A program made the position numbers and the translations under genes. A DNA stretch of 41,710 bases from Deltaproteobacteria bacterium (GTDB lineage Bacteria; Desulfobacterota; Desulfobacteria; Desulfobacterales; UBA11574), in the NCBI GenBank assembly GCA_019310125.1, contig JAFDEW010000001.1, positions 1 through 41,710 on the forward strand, in the 5' to 3' direction. Every line of letters starts with the position of its first letter. The stretch's first letter is position 1. The notes beneath the pieces are model-generated. The model was not told the origin of the DNA. It ran no database searches and worked only from the letters and a program-made list of their open reading frames with translations. Below are positions 17,832-24,524 of the stretch, in pieces.

Positions 17832-17893
17832 TGTCTATAGAGAGAAGTGCTCATTTTAATAGGCAAAATTCCTGGGGAGTGGGAACCTATCCC
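17832..17893 (-). promoter_or_regulatory. Copy C of the 62-63 nt composite intergenic motif
   Basis: Minus-strand reading: GGGATAGGTTCCC-N7-AGGAATTTTGCC..ATTAAAAT..CTATAGACA. It lies about 102 nt upstream of the 66-aa ORF start. Confidence 0.5.
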
Positions 17894-17906
17894 GTATACA
17901 GTGGGA

Positions 17907-18059
17907 GGCATAAGCGCTAACTTATTTTTACGCCGGAAGGACTGTGGAAGGTTTACTTAAAAAAAAGAACGTCCAACATCGAACGTCCAACATCGAATGT
18001 TGAATGGAAAAAGATGAAGAAACAGAAATAGCTGTTGAATGTTCGGTATTGGATGTTTG
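17907..18059. repeat. Element G1: conserved ~60-nt module plus an imperfect hairpin with arms made of gaacgtc/caacatc words; T8 run on the minus strand
   Basis: 17907-18006 aligns with 32619-32711 (ggcataagcgctaa.ttattt..cgccggaaggac.gtggaaggtttact.aaaaaaa..gaacgtccaacatcgaa.gttgaatg). The right arm 18036-18059 pairs with the left arm. The element starts directly after the RR2 stop codon, so it may terminate the HK2-RR2 transcript. Confidence 0.6.
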
Positions 18060-18060
18060 T

Positions 18061-18738
18061 TTATTCTTTCCAGAGGTCAACGTCAATCAGGCCGAGCTTT
18101 GCAGCATAGCGGATCAATTCAATGGTATTGTGGAGACCGAGCTTGTTCATAATGTTGGAACGGTGGTTTTCAACGGTCTTGGGGCTGATAAAAAGCTTTT
18201 CAGCAACTTTTTTGCTGGAAAACCCTTCCGCCAATAGGCGCATTACTTCCTGCTCCCGAGGCGTCAACGTATCATAATCGGAATCTGTAATTTTTGCCTC
18301 TTTTAAAGGAGATTTCATAAGATTTTCAACCACCGCATGGGAAACCGAGCTGTCGAGAAAATAATCGCCTCTTGCAACAGATTCAAGCCCCTGCAAAAGC
18401 CTTTCAGAGGCAGATTCCTTGACCACATATCCGGTTGCTCCAGCCTGAAATGCTTCGGCAATATAATCAATTTTAGAATGCATGCTGACAATTAAAATGC
18501 GTGTTGTCGACAAAAGAGTTCGAATTTCCCTAGTCAATTGAATACCGCTTCGATCCGGCAGGGATATGTCCACTATGATCACATCCGGTTTGAGTTTTTT
18601 TGTCAGTTGAAGCCCCTCTCTCCCATTCCCGGCTTCACCAACCACCTCAAAACGAGAATCGCGCTCTATAATTGCCTTAAGCCCTTCCCTGAAAAGAGGG
18701 TGATCATCAATAATCAATATGCTCTTTTTATCGGACAT
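18061..18738 (-). CDS. NarL/FixJ-family response regulator, paralog 2
   Basis: The start ATG 18738 (MSDKKSILIIDDHPLF) has AAGGAG 7 nt upstream and overlaps the HK2 stop by 11 nt. It is about 73% identical to RR1 by my manual alignment (59 mismatches over about 222 positions). Confidence 0.9.
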   Translation of the reverse strand: MSDKKSILIIDDHPLFREGLKAIIERDSRFEVVGEAGNGREGLQLTKKLKPDVIIVDISLPDRSGIQLTREIRTLLSTTRILIVSMHSKIDYIAEAFQAGATGYVVKESASERLLQGLESVARGDYFLDSSVSHAVVENLMKSPLKEAKITDSDYDTLTPREQEVMRLLAEGFSSKKVAEKLFISPKTVENHRSNIMNKLGLHNTIELIRYAAKLGLIDVDLWKE

Positions 18739-19864
18739 GATTTTGCTCCTTATAGGGAACTTCAATACATATTTTTGTGCCTTCCGTCGGACGGGATTGA
18801 ATCTTCATTTTTCCGTTTAAAAGGCCGACTCTTTCCTCCATGCTTCGAAGTCCCAAGCACTTCTCCTTGACAGCCGATACCATCCGGTCATTGATATCAA
18901 ACCCTTTGCCGTCATCTTCAATGCGCAGGATGATATAGGGAAAAGAGGCAACTATTTTGAGGGTTACACTGACGGCATCCGCATGCTTTTTAGTATTCCA
19001 GAGCGCCTCCTGGATAATGCGGTACAAATTGATTTCCGTGTCAAAAGGAAGTGATAGATCATCCATGCCGGCAGCGAAAAAATTAATTTTTATCCGATTT
19101 TTCTCGGCAAATTCTTCACAATATTGATAAACTGTTCGGACCAGCCCCAATTGATCCAGGCCGGGAGGGTGTAAATCATAAGCGATATCCCTGACAGCTA
19201 CTATTGATCTTTTGAGTATTTTTGACAATTCCAAAAGTTTTTGTCTTATATTAACGGATTCGCAAGGCCTGCCGTCAAATAGTGTTTCCCAGCCGATTCT
19301 CAGCAGGGAAAGGTCTTGTGCCACATTGTCGTGTAGATACCGGGCAATTCGCTGGCGCTCATTTTCCTGGACCTTCATCAGTTGTTGAGTGAGGGCGCGA
19401 ACATGTTCTTCCGCCTGTTTTCGCTTGGTGATGTTCACTATATTTCCCATTATAGCAGTCTTTCCTCTATATTCTATGGCAGCTGCAATCATTTCGCACC
19501 AAATGGTTCCCCCATCTTTTTTAAGCCTTTGAACCTCATACTGAAAAGGAACAGATTCACCCTTCAACCTTTTGGACGCTCTTTCTGCCATAATCTCCCT
19601 GTCATCCGGGTGAATCAGCGCCTTATATTCCATTCCCAGTAATTCTTCTGTTGTATACCCATGTAATTTGGCGAATCTATCATTAACAAATACAAATCTT
19701 CCATCCTGGTGAATGAAAATACCGGTAAGGGAGCTCGTTGTAAGTATTTTATATTTTTCCTCACTCTTCCTCAGCGCTTCCTCTACCTGCTTGCATCCGA
19801 TGGCTTCTTTTTCTAACTTTTTTACCCTTTGTTCCAATTCCTCATAGGTTGGCTTTTTGGGCAT
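18728..19864 (-). CDS. PAS-domain sensor histidine kinase (PAS, HisKA_3, HATPase), paralog 2, intact
   Basis: 378 aa. Contains a complete PAS domain (SEEKYKILTTSSLTGIFIHQDGRFVFVNDRFAKLHGYTTEELLG...), the H-box RIARYLHDNVAQDLS, and the ATPase motifs EDDGKGF and GLRSMEERV. Confidence 0.85.
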   Translation of the reverse strand: MPKKPTYEELEQRVKKLEKEAIGCKQVEEALRKSEEKYKILTTSSLTGIFIHQDGRFVFVNDRFAKLHGYTTEELLGMEYKALIHPDDREIMAERASKRLKGESVPFQYEVQRLKKDGGTIWCEMIAAAIEYRGKTAIMGNIVNITKRKQAEEHVRALTQQLMKVQENERQRIARYLHDNVAQDLSLLRIGWETLFDGRPCESVNIRQKLLELSKILKRSIVAVRDIAYDLHPPGLDQLGLVRTVYQYCEEFAEKNRIKINFFAAGMDDLSLPFDTEINLYRIIQEALWNTKKHADAVSVTLKIVASFPYIILRIEDDGKGFDINDRMVSAVKEKCLGLRSMEERVGLLNGKMKIQSRPTEGTKICIEVPYKEQNHVR

Positions 19865-20009
19865 TTGAATATACTCCTATAAACCATTATTCCACTAATT
19901 CATCATTTCATATGTAAGGCAAAAGTTCAATGACACAATAGCCTGTTTTATTTACAGCAAGTTATAAAAATTATGAGACGTTTACCTCTAAGCGCCAGCT
20001 TGTTTGACT

Positions 20010-20039
20010 AAAAAAAAGGGGCGCAACGAGTGACACCCC
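20010..20039 (-). terminator. Candidate intrinsic terminator downstream of dodecin
   Basis: Minus-strand reading: GGGGUG-(10-nt loop)-CGCCCC followed by eight U. It lies about 95 nt after the dodecin stop. Confidence 0.55.
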
Positions 20040-20133
20040 TTCAAAACAGTTATTTGCCGATTTTTCTCTATTATTCCTTGACTATTTCCAATTTATCACA
20101 AAAATATTGTTATGGAGAGGATATCGCGATAAA

Positions 20134-20346
20134 TTAAGAGCCTTCGTATTTAAAAGAAATGGATACTCTGGCACGATAGGATACGATTTTCCCATCATTC
20201 ATTGTCATATCCAGTTTTGTGATTTCCGCAACTCTTAAATCGCGCAGACTTTTAGTTGCTCTTGCGACTGCATTTTCCGCAGCTTTCTCCCAGGAAGTTT
20301 CACTTGTTCCCACCAATTCTATGATTTTGTAAACACTGCCACTCAT
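20134..20346 (-). CDS. Dodecin-family flavin-binding protein
   Basis: 70 aa: MSGSVYKIIELVGTSETSWEKAAENAVARATKSLRDLRVAEITKLDMTMNDGKIVSYRARVSISFKYE. This matches the dodecin pattern as I know it. Confidence 0.8.
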   Translation of the reverse strand: MSGSVYKIIELVGTSETSWEKAAENAVARATKSLRDLRVAEITKLDMTMNDGKIVSYRARVSISFKYEGS

Positions 20347-20619
20347 GTTTGCCTCCTTCCATTAAATTTTATAAATGTTAATTGCCGAATACCCTATTCG
20401 GATAACACGGAAAAACGAAGCATAAGTTAAAAATTTAATGTGCATGGTTTTAAATGTTAAGCGGAATTGTTGACCTAAAACATATTGAGATGAGCTCAAA
20501 GGCAAGGCAATTAAAAGAGTGGTTCTTCGTTATTGAAGAACCACCCAACACAAGCGCAAAAAATGTAGCCTCCCGCGCTTTTTATTTTTATCAATTTTGA
20601 TAACTTTTTCTGAAAAATA

Positions 20620-20681
20620 TGTCCATAAGCAAAAAGGTTCATTTTAATAGGGGAAAATCCCGATCTCCGGGAAGTTTTCCC
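20620..20681 (-). promoter_or_regulatory. Copy D of the 62-63 nt composite intergenic motif
   Basis: Minus-strand reading: GGGAAAACTTCCC-N7-GGGATTTTCCCC..ATTAAAAT..CTTATGGACA. It lies about 274 nt upstream of the dodecin start. Confidence 0.5.
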
Positions 20682-20907
20682 AGGCGCTGGCACTTATGTC
20701 CTGGATTTTAGTCCGTTATGTTACTCTTTTTAATTGTTGACATTTCATGTTGTAGCGTTAGGGAAAAATGATCCAACCAACCTGTTTATTTTAAATCCCA
20801 TACTCTGTTCTTTGGTTATGAGCCCTTATGCATGAGTTTGTAGGGTGCAGTTGCTGATTATTCATTTAGCGGTTGAATTAAAAAAAAACTCCCGACCACT
20901 CAACTAT

Positions 20908-21744
20908 CTATATTTCGGGAACCATTTGACGCAATTCTTCATAAGAGAAAACCGGACCATCAACACACACATACTTTGTCCCGATATTGCATCGTCCACA
21001 GATGCCTATTCCGCATTTCATGCGTTTTTCTAACGTGGTAATAATCTGATGATCTTCGAAATCCAACCTTTTGAGCCCGATCAGAACAAACTTGATCATA
21101 ATGGGCGGTCCACAGGTAACGGCCATGCAGTTATATGAACTTGGCGCTTCTTCGGTAAGTACGGTAGGGACAAAACCCACCCGCTCCTTCCAATCCGGAA
21201 ATTCACGGTCCACGGTTAGCACCAGCCTTACCCCACCGGAACGCCATTCATCGAATTCATAGGTGTAGCAAAGATCTTCCGGTGAACGTGCACCGTAAAT
21301 CAATGTAATATCACCGTAATCCCGTCGGTTGTCAAGCATGTAGAGAAGCAGCGTGCGCAACGGGGCCATGCCGATGCCGCCGGCGATAAAGAGAATGTCA
21401 TGTGCTTTTAATTTGTCAACAGGGAAACCGTTGCCCAGAGGGGCGCGCACCCCAATCTGATCTCCGATATTCATCTGGTGTAGCCGCTGGGTCACCTCAC
21501 CGGTGCGCATCACACTGAATTGCAAATAATCTTTTCGAGTCGGCGGCGAGTTTATCACAAAGGTGGATTCTCCCGCTCCAAAGACGGAAAGTTGCCCGAC
21601 CTGTCCGGGTTGGAATGAAAATTCACGCATCTTTTGCTCGTCGTTCAACACCACTCGGAAAGTAAGGATATTTGAGGTTTCCTGAATAATATCCTGAATG
21701 GTCGCCAATTCCGGTCGAAACGGATTAGATTCAAACTTCGGCAT
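20908..21744 (-). CDS. flxA: FAD/NAD(P)-binding oxidoreductase with a C-terminal 2Fe-2S site (FlxA / sulfhydrogenase gamma-like)
   Basis: 278 aa. AAGGAGG lies 6 nt upstream of the start. It has a ferredoxin-reductase-type fold pattern (FIAGGIGMAPL) and a C-terminal MKCGIGICGRCNIG. It is last in the hdrCBA-flxDCBA gene order. Confidence 0.65.
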   Translation of the reverse strand: MPKFESNPFRPELATIQDIIQETSNILTFRVVLNDEQKMREFSFQPGQVGQLSVFGAGESTFVINSPPTRKDYLQFSVMRTGEVTQRLHQMNIGDQIGVRAPLGNGFPVDKLKAHDILFIAGGIGMAPLRTLLLYMLDNRRDYGDITLIYGARSPEDLCYTYEFDEWRSGGVRLVLTVDREFPDWKERVGFVPTVLTEEAPSSYNCMAVTCGPPIMIKFVLIGLKRLDFEDHQIITTLEKRMKCGIGICGRCNIGTKYVCVDGPVFSYEELRQMVPEI

Positions 21745-22795
21745 CCACTGCCTCCTTTAAATGATGAACCACCCTGCGTATGTCTATGGATACGGGACAA
21801 CTTCGAATACAGCGTCCACACCCGCAACAGGATATCATGCCGTTATGTGTATCAGGGAAATAGGAAAATTTATGGCCAATCCGGTTACGGTACCGTTCAA
21901 ATTTTTCGGGCCGTGGATTATGCCCGCTGGCTTCCAGGGTATAATGATAAAACATACAGGAGTCCCAAGAACGCAACCGCTCGCCGGTTAGATCCCTGGA
22001 TTCATCTGTAATATTGAAACAATAACAGGTGGGACAGACAAATGTGCAAATTCCGCAACTAATACACTTTGAAACCATATCACGCCAATAATCCATATCT
22101 TCAAAACGACCCGTGAAATCTCTTGCACTCCGGGTTAAATCGTTCTCTCCCACATGTTTGGCACTTACTTGTTCATGAATTCGCTGAGCTTTTTCTATCT
22201 GTTCAGGCGTTGCCTGCTTTCCCATTACGGGAATTAGCTTCCGGCCCTTTTCATTAAGTGCTTCGACCACAAAGCCGTCATCCACGGGAATAATCCAAAG
22301 ATCACTGCCCTCCCTGTCTCCGGGACCGCTGCCTACTGATGAGCAGAAACAGGCACTGTCTTCCGTATCGCACAGCAGAGTTGCAAACAGGGTTTTTTCC
22401 CTGCGTTGTTCATAATAGGGATCTTTATATCTGCCGTTAAGAAAGACTTGATCAAAAGTAAGAAAGCCTCGCACATCACAAGGGCGTGCCCCAAAAACAA
22501 GTGCAGGGGATATGTCTTGGCGGTCTTTTAGATCAATGTGCTGTTTGGAGGGATCATTGTCATCCTTTTGATACCGGAAACTCAACAACGTTTCTACTTG
22601 TGGAAACAGTACATTTTTCGGACCTAATGTGCTTTGCCGGTTTAACACAACGACGGTGTCTCTGTGATACGGTAAAAACCGAATCCCCCATTTTTCATCT
22701 CCCATCTCTACCGGAACCCAGACATTCATCTCTTTGGAAAGACGCTCCAGCACGGCGGTCAGTTCACCTTGAGCAATAAAGATTTTTTCGGACAT
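21731..22795 (-). CDS. flxB: Iron-sulfur protein, FlxB / sulfhydrogenase beta-like
   Basis: 354 aa with CISCGICTFVCPTC and CCGCGRCIRSCP cluster motifs. It overlaps flxA by 14 nt. Confidence 0.6.
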   Translation of the reverse strand: MSEKIFIAQGELTAVLERLSKEMNVWVPVEMGDEKWGIRFLPYHRDTVVVLNRQSTLGPKNVLFPQVETLLSFRYQKDDNDPSKQHIDLKDRQDISPALVFGARPCDVRGFLTFDQVFLNGRYKDPYYEQRREKTLFATLLCDTEDSACFCSSVGSGPGDREGSDLWIIPVDDGFVVEALNEKGRKLIPVMGKQATPEQIEKAQRIHEQVSAKHVGENDLTRSARDFTGRFEDMDYWRDMVSKCISCGICTFVCPTCYCFNITDESRDLTGERLRSWDSCMFYHYTLEASGHNPRPEKFERYRNRIGHKFSYFPDTHNGMISCCGCGRCIRSCPVSIDIRRVVHHLKEAVDAEV

Positions 22796-22819
22796 GGATT
22801 ATCCTCTTTCAGCGGATCA

Positions 22820-23788
22820 TCATATTTTCTTTTCACCGGGATCAAAGGTCAGCAACGGCGGTTGTTTTTGAGGGTCAATCCCGGCTTCGTAGTCCAACAT
22901 GTCCTTGACGATCTGATTGAGTTTCTTTTTAATCAGTGTTACCGGTATTTCCACGGGACAAACGCGTTCGCATTCGCCACATTCGGTACAGCGCCCGGCA
23001 AGATGCATGGCGTGGATCATATGATAGAGAAATTTTTCCGTAAGATCGCAACGTTGCGTAAGCCACTTGGGAGTTCGGGTTTCCGCAATACACCTGTCCC
23101 GGCACACACAAAGCGGACAGGCATTGCGGCATGCATAACAACGAATACATCGGTCCAGTTCTTTTTCCCAAAATTTCATGCGATCGGGCAACGAATACTG
23201 TTCTATGTTTTCAATATCCTCATAGGCCTGGTCATCGCCGGCACGAGGCGTTGTGGGGTGGCCGATAAGACAATCGTAAATGATGGGATTGGGATAGCGA
23301 CACTGCAGGCATCTTTGTTCCAGCACCTGCTGCAGCGGAAAACGGTATGTTTTTTGTGTTGTTTCAACACACAGCTCATTGCCTTGGATAGTTAATGCCT
23401 GAACATCTTTTAAAGATGGCTTAAGACGCATGAGCCGACGCCAATCCACCGTGCCTTCACAAGGTATGCCCACAATATAGAGCGTTTCCCGGGCAACAAA
23501 TTTTTCCTGAATTAAAGCGATGAGAGAGCGGCTGTCGCATCCTTTGACACAAATGCCGATTTTTTTATCGTTTTCCCGGACGGAAGGGTTCAGAGTTTTT
23601 GCTAAATAAGTACAAAGATTCTGGGAGCACAGAGGATTCCAAACCATTCGATTAAGATCTTGTGACTGACGGATGAAAGACGGGGTAGCATGTAAAGAAT
23701 CGTAACCTGTTTCCCAACCGAGCGCAACATCGAGTTTTTCGAAAACCTTTAAAAATTCTTCTTGTAATGTTTTGGCCTTGTCTTCCAT
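22820..23788 (-). CDS. flxC: Iron-sulfur protein, FlxC-like (4Fe-4S dicluster)
   Basis: 322 aa with CIRCYACRNACPLC and CTECGECERVCP motifs. It sits between the mvhD-like gene and flxB. Confidence 0.55.
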   Translation of the reverse strand: MEDKAKTLQEEFLKVFEKLDVALGWETGYDSLHATPSFIRQSQDLNRMVWNPLCSQNLCTYLAKTLNPSVRENDKKIGICVKGCDSRSLIALIQEKFVARETLYIVGIPCEGTVDWRRLMRLKPSLKDVQALTIQGNELCVETTQKTYRFPLQQVLEQRCLQCRYPNPIIYDCLIGHPTTPRAGDDQAYEDIENIEQYSLPDRMKFWEKELDRCIRCYACRNACPLCVCRDRCIAETRTPKWLTQRCDLTEKFLYHMIHAMHLAGRCTECGECERVCPVEIPVTLIKKKLNQIVKDMLDYEAGIDPQKQPPLLTFDPGEKKI

Positions 23789-23840
23789 AATTAAACGTTT
23801 CGGAATCTTTACAACTTAATGAAAATATAGAATATTTTTT

Positions 23841-24008
23841 GAGGCTTGAATGTTTGTCTCAAACATTGAATAATGGAATAGTGGAATGCTGGAAGGTCGG
23901 TTTTAAAAGGATATTCGCCGGTTTTAATTTTATCGTCAACACAAATTTTAGCATTATCCCAGAATCCATTATTCCATTATTCCATCATTCCAATTGGAGC
24001 GAAGCCTC
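23841..24008. repeat. Element K: large intra-operon hairpin with arms made of ggaat-type 8-nt words
   Basis: Outer stem gaggctt (23841-23847) / aagcctc (24002-24008). Small hairpin aatgtttg-tct-caaacatt. The arms aataatggaatagtggaatgctgg and ccagaatccattattccattattccatcattccaat are imperfect reverse complements. It lies between the flxD stop and the flxC start. Confidence 0.6.
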
Positions 24009-24053
24009 TAACTTGAATTATCCGTTAAATGGCAAATTCACCCATCTTTATGT

Positions 24054-24524
24054 TTAAAATGACATCCCCGCTTTTGTGTCAGTTTCTCCGTGAACGCCAG
24101 GGTTCGGTCCCAAACCATGAATGGTTTCGGAAAACTCTGTGACCACTTGTTGCCAGATCTGTCCTTCAGAAGACGATACCCAGGTATACCGGAATCGGTC
24201 CGTATGAATGCCCATAAAAGGCAAAAATCGCTTCAGGACCTCCAGGCGACGCCTTGCATAAAAATTGCCCACGTTATAATGGCAGTCTTTAGGGTGACAG
24301 CCGGAGACCAGCACGCCGTCAGCGCCATAAATAAGGGCTTTGACAACAAACAGAGGATCCATACGCCCGGTGCATGGAATACGGATGATACGCAAATCCG
24401 TGGGCTGGTTAAAGCGGCACACACCGGCCGTATCCGCACCGCCGTAGGAGCACCAGTTGCATAAAAATCCCACAATTAATAAATCTTTTTTTGTTGTTGT
24501 TGATTCCGCTTCAGAATTGACCAT
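24054..24524 (-). CDS. flxD: MvhD-like (methyl-viologen-reducing hydrogenase delta subunit family) protein, FlxD
   Basis: The track ORF is over-extended. From ATG 24524 it reads MVNSEAESTTTKKDLLIVGFLCNWCSYGGADTAG...IRIPCTGRMDP...VSGCHPKDCHY, which is the MvhD pattern. It overlaps the hdrA stop by 14 nt. Confidence 0.8.
   Translation of the reverse strand: MVNSEAESTTTKKDLLIVGFLCNWCSYGGADTAGVCRFNQPTDLRIIRIPCTGRMDPLFVVKALIYGADGVLVSGCHPKDCHYNVGNFYARRRLEVLKRFLPFMGIHTDRFRYTWVSSSEGQIWQQVVTEFSETIHGLGPNPGVHGETDTKAGMSF

Noticed and set aside
17832-17893. Integron attC-site interpretation of the 62-nt motif that follows each regulator gene
   Set aside because: There are no RYYYAAC / GTTRRRY core sites and no overall imperfect-palindrome structure spanning the element. 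No integrase is present in the window.
20688-20704. Sigma54 promoter: an exact TGGCAC next to motif D
   Set aside because: The -12 element is missing: TGGCAC-ttatg-TCCTG instead of TTGCW. The site is also on the plus strand, with no plus-strand gene downstream.
20880-20921. Intrinsic terminator after flxA (tcccga / tcggga stem followed by a U9 run on the minus strand)
   Set aside because: The stem is only 6 bp with a 19-nt loop that contains the stop codon. That is too weak to list as a feature, although the U-run is striking.
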